From contig JAHJIW010000005.1 of NCBI GenBank assembly GCA_018823125.1, positions 67,562 through 131,561 on the forward strand: a stretch of 64,000 bases of DNA, given 5' to 3'. Positions 31,221-41,267 of this stretch are shown in pieces. Within the stretch, counting starts at the first letter, position 1. Every line of letters begins with the position of its first letter. Source of the DNA: Candidatus Margulisiibacteriota bacterium. Lineage in GTDB: Bacteria > Margulisbacteria > WOR-1 > JAHJIW01. Made by a program: the position numbers and the translations under genes. A model generated the notes under the pieces. It did not search any database. It saw only the letters and a program-made list of their open reading frames with translations, and was not told the origin of the DNA.

Positions 31221-31847
31221 TTAACTCTCAATCTGCTGGATTTGCCTTTTCTTGGGTGACAGTACTCCACCCGAAACTAAAAGTTTAACGGCATCTTCCA
31301 GCCGCATATCTAACATTATTACATCTTTTTTAGGGAAAGCTACTACATAACCGGTAGCCGGAGTAGGGCTGGTTGGAACAAAAACGGTATAAAGATCGGT
31401 TTTGGTTGCCTCCGCAATATCTTCCGGTCCGTTGCCGGTCACAAAGCCGATCGCCCAGACACCCTTGCGCGGATACTCAACTGCACAAACTTTGCGGAAA
31501 GCTTTAGTTTCTTTTTGTAAGAAAAGTAATTCATTGACCTGTTTTACTGACGAATAAATGGTGTTAACCACGGGCAGTTTGTATAATATTTTTTCGCCTT
31601 GACCTAATATTTGCTTGCCAAAAAGGTGAGTGGTTAAGAAACCAACCACAAAAAAGATAAGCAGGGTTAATAAAATACCCTGGCCGGGGATCGAAATTCC
31701 AAAAATATCGGTAATATAACTTCCTAAAAAGTTATCGGCAAAGGTAAAAATGAAAATTAAAAGCCAAAGGGTAACCAGCAGAGGTAAAATAGTGATCATG
31801 CCGTTAAATAAATATTTGGTTATTCTTCCCCAGATTTCCTTAGCCAT
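31221..31847 (-). CDS. DUF502-like membrane protein
   Basis: 208 aa, N-terminal TM helices, IYSSVKQVN motif; paralog of the next gene. Confidence 0.65.
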   Translation of the reverse strand: MAKEIWGRITKYLFNGMITILPLLVTLWLLIFIFTFADNFLGSYITDIFGISIPGQGILLTLLIFFVVGFLTTHLFGKQILGQGEKILYKLPVVNTIYSSVKQVNELLFLQKETKAFRKVCAVEYPRKGVWAIGFVTGNGPEDIAEATKTDLYTVFVPTSPTPATGYVVAFPKKDVIMLDMRLEDAVKLLVSGGVLSPKKRQIQQIES

Positions 31848-32454
31848 TTTTCCTTAGTTCCTCAACTTCGGCGGGTTTGAGCACCCCGCCCGAAATAACG
31901 TAACGGAAGGCTTCGTCCATTTTCATGTCTAAAAGTATAACATCTTTAGCTGGAACTACAATTAAAAAGCCGGTCGCCGGAGTAGGGGTATTAGCGATGA
32001 AAATATTGATTAATTTTTCTTTGGCTTTACTCTCAATTTCGCTGGCGGCGTCGGAAGTGATGAACCCGACGGTGTAGATCCCTTTGCGCGGGTATTCAAC
32101 CAGGCAGGCCCGCCTAAATTCGCCCGCGCCTTTGTGTAGAAACAAGACGTCGTTAACTTGTTTTACTGATGAATAAATACTTTTTACGATCGGAACGTGG
32201 CTTAAAAATAATTCTCCCCAGTTAAATAGTTTAGCCCCGATAATATAAGACGCAAAATATCCTACCAGAAAGATTAAAACAATGATCCCGATAATTCCGG
32301 CGCCGGGCATCGGTCGGCCGAAAATCATGTTAAAAAGCGGGCCCAAGATACCGTCGAGGAAGTTAAACATGAACATTAAAATCCAGATGGTGACCAAAAG
32401 CGGGAGGAGCGTAACCAATCCACGGAAGAAAACGGCGCTAATTCGTTGCCACAT
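31840..32454 (-). CDS. DUF502-like membrane protein (paralog)
   Basis: 204 aa, same architecture and IYSSVKQVN motif as the adjacent gene; overlaps it by 8 nt. Confidence 0.65.
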   Translation of the reverse strand: MWQRISAVFFRGLVTLLPLLVTIWILMFMFNFLDGILGPLFNMIFGRPMPGAGIIGIIVLIFLVGYFASYIIGAKLFNWGELFLSHVPIVKSIYSSVKQVNDVLFLHKGAGEFRRACLVEYPRKGIYTVGFITSDAASEIESKAKEKLINIFIANTPTPATGFLIVVPAKDVILLDMKMDEAFRYVISGGVLKPAEVEELRKNG

Positions 32455-32538
32455 GCATATACTCCTTTTTGAGACAAATTCGAAGTGAATTTTAGCATAG
32501 AATAGAGCATTATTAAAACGGATTTTTCTGGAGTGTTC

Positions 32539-32590
32539 AGAAGGGATAAGAGGGATTAAGAGGGCGGAAGAAGGGAAAAACCCTTCTTTC
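32539..32590. repeat. Purine-rich tandem repeat (AAGAGGGA-like units) ending in a hairpin with a T-run
   Basis: Sequence agaagggataagagggattaagagggcggaagaagggaaaaacccttctttc; GAAGGG/CCCTTC stem with AAAAA loop. Lies in the divergent intergenic region. Confidence 0.4.
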
Positions 32591-32652
32591 TAGTTGTCCC
32601 TCATTTCAACCATATGCTATAATAACCCCACTTTAGTTAAGGAGGACCCATT

Positions 32653-32892
32653 ATGAAACCGACTAGTGCTTATATTTTGATCGAGTCACTCCCCGGCAAG
32701 GCCCTGGATTTAGTCAATACCGTTAAGGAAGTTGAAGGAGTTAAGACCGTTCACCTCGTTACCGGACCCTACGACGTAATTGCCTTTGTGGAAGCCTCGG
32801 ATCTTAAGTCTTTAGGCGAGCTGATCGTGAAGAAAATTCAAGCTTCCGGTTGTGTAGCTAGGACTTTAACCTGTATTACGGTAGAAAAATAG
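32653..32892 (+). CDS. Stand-alone Lrp/AsnC C-terminal (RAM) ligand-binding domain protein
   Basis: 79 aa with the beta-alpha-beta-beta-alpha-beta pattern typical of AsnC C-terminal domains; extended -10 (TGCTATAAT) upstream. Confidence 0.6.
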   Translation: MKPTSAYILIESLPGKALDLVNTVKEVEGVKTVHLVTGPYDVIAFVEASDLKSLGELIVKKIQASGCVARTLTCITVEK

Positions 32893-34404
32893 TTATTCTG
32901 CCGCGCTCACCAGTCGATTGATTGCCGCTAGATAGGCCTTGGCGGAAGCCACCAAAATATCGGTATCTGCTCCGTGGCCGACAAAGATTCGGCCTTTATC
33001 CGTTAGCCTTACCGTTACCTCACCTTGTGCATCCGTACCGCCGGTAATCGCCTGAATGACATAATCTACTAGTTTTGGATCAGTTTTAGTAAGCTTTTTG
33101 ACCGCTTTGTAGGTAGCATCCACCGGTCCGGAGCCCGTCGCTTTAGTTTTAATGGTTTTGCCCTTGTGGATAAGTACGAGTTCCGTGGACGGTTTTCGTT
33201 TCGTTCCGGCAGTAATGTTCAATGATTTCAGCTTATACACTTCGGGAGCAGTATATATTTCTTCTGAAACAATCGATTCGAGATCACGGTCGGTGATATC
33301 TTTTTTCTTGTCAGCCAGCTTAATAAATGAATGATAAGACTTTTCCAGATTAACTTTGCTGAGTTTATAACCCAAAGCTTCCAGTCGTTTTTTAAGTGCG
33401 CTTCTTCCGGAATGTTTGCCGAGGACTAGTTTGCTTTCTTTAAGTCCGATATCCGATGGATCCATGATTTCGTAGGTTTCCCGGGCGCACATTACACCAT
33501 GCTGGTGAATGCCGGCTTCGTGGGCAAAGGCGTTGGCGCCCACGATGGCTTTATTGGGTTGGACCAGAAGACCGGTCAAGTTACTGACCAGACGGCTGGC
33601 TTTATAAATTTCCTTGGTGTTTATATTTGTTGCCAGACCAAAAAAATCATTACGGGTTTTAATGGCCATCACAATTTCTTCAAGTGAGGCGTTTCCGGCC
33701 CGTTCCCCAATTCCGTTAATGGTACATTCAACTTGAGTAGCTCCAGCCTTAACCGCAGCCAATGAATTAGCGACTCCCAAACCAAGATCGTTGTGACAGT
33801 GAACACTGATGGCGGCTTTATCCATATTTGGAACATTTTTAATAATGGATTTAATCAAATTGCCGTATTCATCGGGAAGGGTATAACCGACGGTGTCCGG
33901 GATATTGACCGTGGTTGTACCTGCATCGATTACTGCTTCGATAATTTTATATAGAAATTCCGGATCGGAGCGGCTGGCGTCTTCACAGGAAAATTCAACG
34001 GCAGCGCAATGTGATTTGGCGAGCTTTACCATTTCAACGGCTCTTTCCAAAACTTCAGCCGGTTTCATGCGCAGCTTTTTTTCCATGTGAATCGGAGAGG
34101 TTGCAATAAAAGTATGAATCATCGGTTTTTCAGCATCTTTTACGGCTTCCCAGGCGGCTTCAATATCGGCTTTTTTACAGCGAGCCAGTGAACAGATATA
34201 AGGTCCCTTAACGGTTCGGGCAATTTGTTGAATGGCGTCCAGGTCACCAGGTGAAGCGATGGCGAAGCCGGCTTCGATTACATCGACGTTAAGACGGGCC
34301 AGTTGACGGGCAATATCCAATTTTTCTTCCGTGTTTAGACTGGCCCCCGGGCATTGCTCGCCGTCGCGAAGGGTAGTATCAAATATTTTAATTATTTTAG
34401 TCAT
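32893..34404 (-). CDS. leuA: 2-isopropylmalate synthase
   Basis: 503 aa; [11 protein letters not shown]-terminal motif, HxH metal site (HCHNDLG) and a LeuA-type regulatory C-terminal domain. Confidence 0.85.
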   Translation of the reverse strand: MTKIIKIFDTTLRDGEQCPGASLNTEEKLDIARQLARLNVDVIEAGFAIASPGDLDAIQQIARTVKGPYICSLARCKKADIEAAWEAVKDAEKPMIHTFIATSPIHMEKKLRMKPAEVLERAVEMVKLAKSHCAAVEFSCEDASRSDPEFLYKIIEAVIDAGTTTVNIPDTVGYTLPDEYGNLIKSIIKNVPNMDKAAISVHCHNDLGLGVANSLAAVKAGATQVECTINGIGERAGNASLEEIVMAIKTRNDFFGLATNINTKEIYKASRLVSNLTGLLVQPNKAIVGANAFAHEAGIHQHGVMCARETYEIMDPSDIGLKESKLVLGKHSGRSALKKRLEALGYKLSKVNLEKSYHSFIKLADKKKDITDRDLESIVSEEIYTAPEVYKLKSLNITAGTKRKPSTELVLIHKGKTIKTKATGSGPVDATYKAVKKLTKTDPKLVDYVIQAITGGTDAQGEVTVRLTDKGRIFVGHGADTDILVASAKAYLAAINRLVSAAE

Positions 34405-34486
34405 ACATTAAAACCTATAAACCTTAAAACCTTTTCAGTATGCGGAATTCTAGCATGGTAAAAAGTTAGATTCAAACGTTATGGTC

Positions 34487-35824
34487 TTAATGTCCGCCGA
34501 CGGCGACATTTTCTACGACTAGAGTAGGGCTGCCGATAGTGGGGGTAAAACGCAGGTCATTGCCGATAGCCGTGATCGATTTAAGCAGTTCAATGATATT
34601 TCCGGCAATGGTAATTCCTCGCGTTGAATAAGTCTTTTCGCCGTTTTCGATGACGATGCCTTGAGCGCCAAAAGAAAAATCACCCGAAATTGGATTGGCA
34701 GTGTGAACGCCCATCACCCGGGTAATATAAATTCCATCTTTAATATTTTTAATTAATTTATCAGGAGCATCCGTTCCGTTTTCGATATAAAAGTTAGTAG
34801 TAGATAAAACCGGAAAAGATTGATAAGAGCCGCGCGCAGCGTTGCCGGTAGGTTTATTTTTAGTTGCATTGGCCGAATAAATATTATGTAAAAAGCCTCG
34901 CAGGACGCCGCCGCTAATTAATGATGTTTTTTGGGATGGGATCCCTTCGCCGTCAAAGGGAGCGGTGGCTATACCATTAGCTAAGGTTCCATCATCAACA
35001 ATATTAATAATTTTAGCGGCAACTAATTTGCCTTTTTTATCTTTAAAAAGTGATTTACCTTTAATTAACGCTTCACCGGAAAGTGGCGTAGTTAAAATTC
35101 CTAAAATTTGGGCGGCAATCCGCGGGCTTAACACTAAAGTGGTTTTTCGGCTGCGGGTAGGTCTGGGACCCAAAAGCTCAATGGCATTTTCGGCGGCTTC
35201 TTTTCCGATAGCGGTTGCATCTAAATCTTTAAATCTTTTGGCAAAAGAAAAACCCATGCCGGCTTCCAGCGCTTTTCCGTCGCCGGCCACAATTTGAGCA
35301 AACCCACCGCAATGATTTCCTTTAAAGCTTCCCGAAAAACCGCCGGAATTTTGCAGGTATACTTCATATTCGGCTTCTTCGTAGGTAACTTTTTCGGTTT
35401 TTAAAACTCTTTTATCATAAGCGCGGGCGGCTTCTTCCATGGTTTTAGCCAGCGCGATTTTATTTTCCAGTGGAGTAGCGGAGATATCCGGGCTGTAAAT
35501 CTCCATTTTAGTTTTAGGCAGGTTATTTTTAGAGAAAGATAAAAATGGATTGGCAGAGGTGCATTTAGTATTATGTAATGCTTTTTTTAAACAATCATCA
35601 ATGGAGTCGTCATTTAATTCGGAAGTGTAAGCAAAGCCTAATTTTTCTTCCTCTAAAACACGGATGCCCACGCCGGTTTCGGTATGCGAATCCAGGGCTT
35701 CGATTTGTCCGTCCAGAATATCAATTTCGAGAGAGGCGTGGGTGGAGACAAATACTTCGACTTCGCCGTTTTGGGCATCTTTGGCTAGTTTTATAATTTG
35801 GTCCGCAATGTCTTTTGGTTTCAC
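34487..35824 (-). CDS. TldD/PmbA family metalloprotease
   Basis: 445 aa with the PmbA/TldD family pattern. Confidence 0.85.
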   Translation of the reverse strand: MKPKDIADQIIKLAKDAQNGEVEVFVSTHASLEIDILDGQIEALDSHTETGVGIRVLEEEKLGFAYTSELNDDSIDDCLKKALHNTKCTSANPFLSFSKNNLPKTKMEIYSPDISATPLENKIALAKTMEEAARAYDKRVLKTEKVTYEEAEYEVYLQNSGGFSGSFKGNHCGGFAQIVAGDGKALEAGMGFSFAKRFKDLDATAIGKEAAENAIELLGPRPTRSRKTTLVLSPRIAAQILGILTTPLSGEALIKGKSLFKDKKGKLVAAKIINIVDDGTLANGIATAPFDGEGIPSQKTSLISGGVLRGFLHNIYSANATKNKPTGNAARGSYQSFPVLSTTNFYIENGTDAPDKLIKNIKDGIYITRVMGVHTANPISGDFSFGAQGIVIENGEKTYSTRGITIAGNIIELLKSITAIGNDLRFTPTIGSPTLVVENVAVGGH

Positions 35825-35828
35825 AGTA

Positions 35829-36824
35829 TTATTTTACCTGTAAGCAAGTTATGACTGAAACGTTAACGATATCGTCCACGCTGCAGCCGCGTGATAAATC
35901 GTTAATCGGTTTTGCGCATCCCTGAAAAATTGGACCGACCGCGGTAGCTTTGCCGATACGTTCGGCGATTTTATAACCAATATTGCCGGAAGTTAAATCC
36001 GGAAAGATTAAAATATTGGCTTTACCAGCCACATTAGATCCGCGGGCTTTTTTCTTGGCGACGGCCGGAATGATTGCGGCATCCAGCTGCAGTTCTCCGT
36101 CGACGGCTAACTTGGGCATTTTTTGTTTAACGATTTCGGTGGCCTGGACCACTTTTTCCAATGAAGGATGTTTAGCACTGCCTTTAGTAGAAAAAGATAA
36201 CATGGCAACCCGCGGAGTGCGGTCAATAAGTTTTTTAAATGAATTGGTGGTTTGCATGGCGATTTCGGCGAGCTGCTCGGCATTTGGATCCGGAACTACG
36301 CCGCAATCAGCAAAGAACATAATTCCGTTAACACCAAAACTGGTATCGGGAAGGAGCATCACGAAAAAGCTGGAAATAAGGGAGCTGTTTTCTGCTAAGC
36401 CAACGCTATAGACTGCGGCCTGAATGGTATGCGTGGTAGGGTTCATAGACCCGGAAACTAAACCATCGGCTAAACCGGCTTTGATTAAGTAGCAGCCGAA
36501 ATAAACGTTGTCGTTAAGCATGATTTTTGCGGCTTCGTCAGGGGTCATGCCTTTATTTTTTCTTCTGGCGTAAAGCATTTCGGAAAAATCGTGAGTGTAT
36601 TCGGATTGGCGCGGATTTATTATTTTAGCTTGGCTTAGGTCAAGGCCGCGTTCAGCTGCTAATTTATTGATTTCATCCGGATTGCCCACTAAGGTGATTT
36701 TTGCCAGTTTATTTTTGGCTAAAACTTCAGCGGCCGCTAAAATACGCGGATCTTCGGTTTCGGGCAATACTATTTTTTTGTTAAGCTTTTTTGCTTTCAG
36801 ATAAATAGACTGTAAAAAATCCAT
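35829..36824 (-). CDS. pta: Phosphate acetyltransferase
   Basis: 331 aa, Pta/Ptb fold; N-terminus KIVLPETEDPRIL. Confidence 0.8.
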   Translation of the reverse strand: MDFLQSIYLKAKKLNKKIVLPETEDPRILAAAEVLAKNKLAKITLVGNPDEINKLAAERGLDLSQAKIINPRQSEYTHDFSEMLYARRKNKGMTPDEAAKIMLNDNVYFGCYLIKAGLADGLVSGSMNPTTHTIQAAVYSVGLAENSSLISSFFVMLLPDTSFGVNGIMFFADCGVVPDPNAEQLAEIAMQTTNSFKKLIDRTPRVAMLSFSTKGSAKHPSLEKVVQATEIVKQKMPKLAVDGELQLDAAIIPAVAKKKARGSNVAGKANILIFPDLTSGNIGYKIAERIGKATAVGPIFQGCAKPINDLSRGCSVDDIVNVSVITCLQVK

Positions 36825-36866
36825 TGTGCAACCTTTCGGGTTTTATTTTAACAAGGGATGAGCCGT

Positions 36867-37529
36867 TTAGCAAATCAGACCATTTTGTATCAGATCCGCC
36901 TGCGATAAAATATTTTTCTTTTTCAATAGATTTAATAGCTTTAACCAGACCTGATAAGTAATTTCGCAATCGCCTAGGGCCCGGTGTCTGACCGGAGTTT
37001 CGATTTTAAAATAATGGGCAATGGTGTGCAATTTATGATTAACTAATTTTGGTAAAAGAAAACGGGCCAGCTGCAGCGTGCAGATGGATGGATTGGTTAG
37101 CTCCCGATCAAATTCCATTTTAAGGTGCTGTTTTACAAAAGAAACGTCAAAATCAGCGTTATGCGCAACCAAGATATGGTTGCCGATGAACTGCATGAAA
37201 TCGTTTAATGCATTTTTGATTCCCGGGTAGCCGGTTACCATCTCATTGCTGATGCCGGTAATTTTTTCGATGTGGGGCGGGATCGGAGAGAGCGGAAAAA
37301 CTAAAGTGTTGAAGATTTCTTTGATCTCCTTATTTTCAATTTTGACGGCTCCGATTTCAATAATTTCGCAAGTGGTGGGCTCGAGACCGGTAGTTTCCAG
37401 ATCAAAAATTACGTAAGCATCGTTTTCGAGCGGAGATGGTTTTTCGCCTAAAGCTTCCCGGGCGCGGGATAAAAAGGGATATTCTTTCTCGAGCTTTTTA
37501 TAATTATTATCATCCAGTAATGAGTTCAT
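36867..37529 (-). CDS. DnaQ-like 3'-5' exonuclease (DEDD family)
   Basis: Exo I motif YVIFDLETTG and a later HNADFD motif. Start moved to an internal ATG (MNSLLDD) to limit overlap with the upstream gene. Confidence 0.75.
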   Translation of the reverse strand: MNSLLDDNNYKKLEKEYPFLSRAREALGEKPSPLENDAYVIFDLETTGLEPTTCEIIEIGAVKIENKEIKEIFNTLVFPLSPIPPHIEKITGISNEMVTGYPGIKNALNDFMQFIGNHILVAHNADFDVSFVKQHLKMEFDRELTNPSICTLQLARFLLPKLVNHKLHTIAHYFKIETPVRHRALGDCEITYQVWLKLLNLLKKKNILSQADLIQNGLIC

Positions 37530-38541
37530 ATTGCCTCTGGCCCAGTCCGATTTTTTGGGCATATTGCAGTTGAACGGTGCCATCCACGTTTGGATAGAGC
37601 TCTTTAAATATATCCTTGCCGGCTTTTTGATTAACTAAATCGAGTGAGGCTTGATCGATCGCTACCGGATCATCGGAAAATAGTATTCCAATGTCCGGCA
37701 CGATGGGGGGATCGTTGTGAGCATAACAATCACAGTTTGGTGAAATTTCCAGTAAGAAATTAAAATAAATAATTTTTCCTTTTTTGTCTTTGATGGCTCC
37801 GGCGGCGTATTCGGCTATTTTTTCCTGAACCGAATTAGGAGTACCGGCCCACGATATGCCGATGGCTGCAAACCGACAGGCAGCTATGCATTCGGCACAG
37901 CCAATGCATTTTGCTAAGTCAATCCTGGCGATTTTTTTATCCATGGTGATGGCTGAAGTAGGGCACCATTTGACACAGATGCCGCAGCCGGTACAGCTTT
38001 TGGCAATGACCTGCGGTTTGATGTCAGCATGCATCAGTTGTTTGCCGGCCCGCGATCCATTGCCCATCCCCATATTTTTTAGCGCTCCGCCAAATCCGGT
38101 AACGTCATGGCCTTTAAAATGAGTGAAACAAACGATGGCGTCGGCTTCTACTATGCAGGCACCTAAACTTACTTCTTTGAAATGTTTTAAATCTACAGTT
38201 ACTTTAATAACATTATGGCCAAATAAACCGTCGGCAATAATTAAGGGAGCAAAATCGTAACCGTGTTTTTTGGCAGTTTTTAAATGATTAACTGAATCAG
38301 AGCGGGAACCTTTGTAAATAGTGTTGCAGTCGGTTAAAAATGTGTGGGGGGCAACTTTTTCGATCGCACTGAAAATTGGTTTTATATTTTGTGGTTTTAG
38401 ATAGGCTTTATTTCCTTCTTCACCAAAATGAATTTTGCCGGCAACGTAGTCATCGGATTTTATATATCTGGTTAAGTCAATTTGGTTGAGAAGTTTATCG
38501 AGTTCGGTAATATTATTAATAAAATATACTTTTGATTTCAT
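37510..38541 (-). CDS. DUF362 domain protein with 2x[4Fe-4S] ferredoxin insert
   Basis: Two CxxCxxCxxxCP ferredoxin motifs (CTGCGICVKWCP, CIGCAECIAAC) embedded in a DUF362-like scaffold. Confidence 0.7.
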   Translation of the reverse strand: MKSKVYFINNITELDKLLNQIDLTRYIKSDDYVAGKIHFGEEGNKAYLKPQNIKPIFSAIEKVAPHTFLTDCNTIYKGSRSDSVNHLKTAKKHGYDFAPLIIADGLFGHNVIKVTVDLKHFKEVSLGACIVEADAIVCFTHFKGHDVTGFGGALKNMGMGNGSRAGKQLMHADIKPQVIAKSCTGCGICVKWCPTSAITMDKKIARIDLAKCIGCAECIAACRFAAIGISWAGTPNSVQEKIAEYAAGAIKDKKGKIIYFNFLLEISPNCDCYAHNDPPIVPDIGILFSDDPVAIDQASLDLVNQKAGKDIFKELYPNVDGTVQLQYAQKIGLGQRQYELITG

Positions 38542-39722
38542 GGGTTCACGTATAAATTTGGAAAATTACCGGTTACCACCAGCATGGATAATAATCGTAA
38601 GGTGTCCTGGTAATATCCCCAGTCACCGCCGGTTTCCATCTCGCGCAGGTAGGCGTACATTTTATTGAGCCAGGGCTGCAGCTCCGGTAAAACCATGGTG
38701 GCGGCGGTCATCGGGCCCACAAAAGCGGCATTATGATATTTTCCGATAGCTTCACCGTTTAAGGTATAACCGTCCACAATTTTTTTAGGATCTTCGTCGG
38801 TTTTAGTTTGAATCCAGGCCGAAAGACGATGATTCATTAAGTAGGGGACGGGGCTGCCTTGATTTCCGTACCACAAATATTCGATGGTGAATTTTAAGGG
38901 CATCTGGCAGGCGTTGTATAAATAATTATAATCTAATTTTCCGGAAGGTTGGCCGTTGGCTTTGCACCAGTCGGGAACCAGGCCGGTTTCAAAGTTATCA
39001 TAAAAATACTGAAACATTTTATAGGATTTTTCGCGGATCTTGAGCCAGTTTTTGTCTTTGGTAAAATCAGCAAAGATCGGGTAGTAAGCGGTGGAATGAT
39101 AGATTGGATTAGTGGCGGTTGATCCGCCCCAGGTATCCCCGGGTTTTATAACAAAAGTGCCGGGTTCGATCTCATGTTTTTTAATTCGATCTAAGATGCT
39201 TTTAGCTTCGGTTTTGTAATTAAATTTTCCTGAATTACCCCATTGCTGATGAGCAAAAATTAAAGCTAATGCCGCGTTTTCGTCGGCTTCGGTGGCGGAA
39301 TTGGCTTTTATGATTTTTCCGTCTTTGCTGATTTTCCAGTGCATTAAACCAAAGGCATCCAGATATTTTTTGTAATAGGCATACAACCCGTCAAAATATT
39401 TTTGGGTATTATATTTTTGATTGTCCATCAGCACCATGATTAACATGCCAAAGCCGATGCTTTCGGAGGTTGACTCAAAATCATAAGCTTTACCCATGTG
39501 AACGCGATATGCCTGATGCGGAGCGCCGTCGCTGGTTACATAGGCATGAAACCAATCTTGATACGCTTTTTCTACATCTTGATCCATTTGCTCTTTAGTG
39601 AAGTTGTCGGGCATGATGGTTTTCTCCATTTTCATTTTATGGGGATATGGATAGTTGGCGGCGTAAAGGATTCCGGTAAAGATTAATAAAAGCAAGCCAG
39701 CATAAATTATTTTTTTAAGCAT
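38538..39722 (-). CDS. Glycoside hydrolase family 8-like secreted enzyme
   Basis: Signal peptide MLKKIIYAGLLLLIF; TSESIGFGM and ATEADENAALAL resemble the GH8 catalytic Glu/Asp regions. Start set to the internal ATG at 39722. Confidence 0.6.
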   Translation of the reverse strand: MLKKIIYAGLLLLIFTGILYAANYPYPHKMKMEKTIMPDNFTKEQMDQDVEKAYQDWFHAYVTSDGAPHQAYRVHMGKAYDFESTSESIGFGMLIMVLMDNQKYNTQKYFDGLYAYYKKYLDAFGLMHWKISKDGKIIKANSATEADENAALALIFAHQQWGNSGKFNYKTEAKSILDRIKKHEIEPGTFVIKPGDTWGGSTATNPIYHSTAYYPIFADFTKDKNWLKIREKSYKMFQYFYDNFETGLVPDWCKANGQPSGKLDYNYLYNACQMPLKFTIEYLWYGNQGSPVPYLMNHRLSAWIQTKTDEDPKKIVDGYTLNGEAIGKYHNAAFVGPMTAATMVLPELQPWLNKMYAYLREMETGGDWGYYQDTLRLLSMLVVTGNFPNLYVNP

Positions 39723-40509
39723 ATAAACCCTTGTATACCTCGGGCTTGCGGTGCTTGAGGTGCGGCATAAAATCCCGGACTTTGGCAATTTCATCTAAAT
39801 CAATTTCAGAAAAAAGCACGCCTTCTTCTTCTTCGAGCATGTCCATGATTTTTCCGTTGGGATTAATGACCATCGATTTGCCAAAATGTTTTAACTTTTG
39901 GCCGCCGATGCGGTTAACGCCCACCACAAAAATCTGATTTTCGATGGCGCGGGCGCGTAAAATAATTTCCCAGTGATCGGATCTGGGTTTAGGGAATTGC
40001 GCCGGCACAAAAATAATTTCGGCTCCCTTTAAGGTTTTGGCGCGGATTAATTCGGGAAAGCGCAAGTCATAACAAAGCGCTACCGAAATCACCCCGAATT
40101 TGGTTTTTAATACTAAAATGCTTTTGCCGTGTTCAAAGTAGGCGTCTTCGCCGGTTTGCGGAAAAGGGTGGACCTTGCGGTATTTGGCAATCTCTTTTCC
40201 TTCGGGAGAATAAATAAAACAGGTATTGTATAATTTGTCCGCTTCAACCTCCGGCACGGATCCGCCGATGATGTAAGCCCCGGTTTTTTTAGCCGACATT
40301 TTAAAAAAGGAATCAAAGGCAGCTTTATATTTTTGGGCGTACATTTTGAGCTCATCAAAAGCAAAGCCGGTTGCAAACATTTCAGGGAAAGCCAGAAAAT
40401 TGGGCTTAAATTTTGCGGCAGAGGCAACAAATTGTTCAGCTTTTTTTAGATTTTGATCAATGTGTCCGGTTTTGACATCCATCTGGACGGCAGCAATTTT
40501 TACTTTCAC
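39715..40509 (-). CDS. Carbon-nitrogen hydrolase (nitrilase superfamily)
   Basis: 264 aa; catalytic Glu (FPEMF) and Cys (VALCYD) regions. Confidence 0.85.
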   Translation of the reverse strand: MKVKIAAVQMDVKTGHIDQNLKKAEQFVASAAKFKPNFLAFPEMFATGFAFDELKMYAQKYKAAFDSFFKMSAKKTGAYIIGGSVPEVEADKLYNTCFIYSPEGKEIAKYRKVHPFPQTGEDAYFEHGKSILVLKTKFGVISVALCYDLRFPELIRAKTLKGAEIIFVPAQFPKPRSDHWEIILRARAIENQIFVVGVNRIGGQKLKHFGKSMVINPNGKIMDMLEEEEGVLFSEIDLDEIAKVRDFMPHLKHRKPEVYKGLYA

Positions 40510-41147
40510 TGATTACTTCCTTCCAGCTCTCTGACTTTTTTATGAAATTCAAGAGCGTTTACTACTTCTTTCATGTCGTTCCAGGTGTGCCATTTGGGGC
40601 CGCCCTCATTTTTAGAGGCGTTCCGTAAGAGGTAGGAAGGGTGAAAAATAGGCATTACGTCAATATTGGTACCGGGCAGTTTAAACCATTTACCACGCAG
40701 ACTACCCATGGGATCGGTCTTGCCTAATACTACTTTAGTAGAAGGGGCACCGGCTAATAAGATAATTTTAGGGTTAATCAGCCTAATTTGGGCCCGCAAA
40801 TAAGGAAAGCAAGCTTCGGTTTCATTGGCGAGTGGGGCGCGGTTTTTAGGCGGCCGGCACTTTACGATGTTGGCAATGTAAACCTGTTTTTCTCGGTCAA
40901 TGTTGACCGATTCAAATATTTTAGTGAGTAATTTTCCGGCGCGGCCGACAAAAGGTAATCCAGAAAGATCTTCATTTTCTCCGGGACCTTCGCCGATCAG
41001 CATTAAATCGCAGGGAACCGGACCATGTCCAAAAACAACTTTAGTGCGGCCTTTGTGCAGGGGACATTTGGTACATTTTTCAGCGGTTTTCTTGAGTTTT
41101 TCGTAAGAAAACTGGCTGTATTCATCGTTTTTGCTGAATAAGTCCAT
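40506..41147 (-). CDS. Uracil-DNA glycosylase, family 4
   Basis: CTKCPLH 4Fe-4S cysteine motif and GEGPGENED motif. Confidence 0.85.
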   Translation of the reverse strand: MDLFSKNDEYSQFSYEKLKKTAEKCTKCPLHKGRTKVVFGHGPVPCDLMLIGEGPGENEDLSGLPFVGRAGKLLTKIFESVNIDREKQVYIANIVKCRPPKNRAPLANETEACFPYLRAQIRLINPKIILLAGAPSTKVVLGKTDPMGSLRGKWFKLPGTNIDVMPIFHPSYLLRNASKNEGGPKWHTWNDMKEVVNALEFHKKVRELEGSNQ

Positions 41148-41229
41148 ACTTTATTATGCTAGCACGCCAAAAATGAATCAGCAACTACATTCCAGGCGCA
41201 AATTTACGTTCCCTCTTGATCAAACAATA

Positions 41230-41238
41230 TGATATAAT
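41230..41238 (+). promoter_or_regulatory. Extended -10 promoter element (TGaTATAAT) upstream of cimA
   Basis: TGATATAAT lies about 30 nt upstream of the cimA TTG start, followed by RBS AAGGAAAAG. Confidence 0.4.
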
Positions 41239-41267
41239 CAATCGCATCTTTTAAAAAGGAAAAGATT

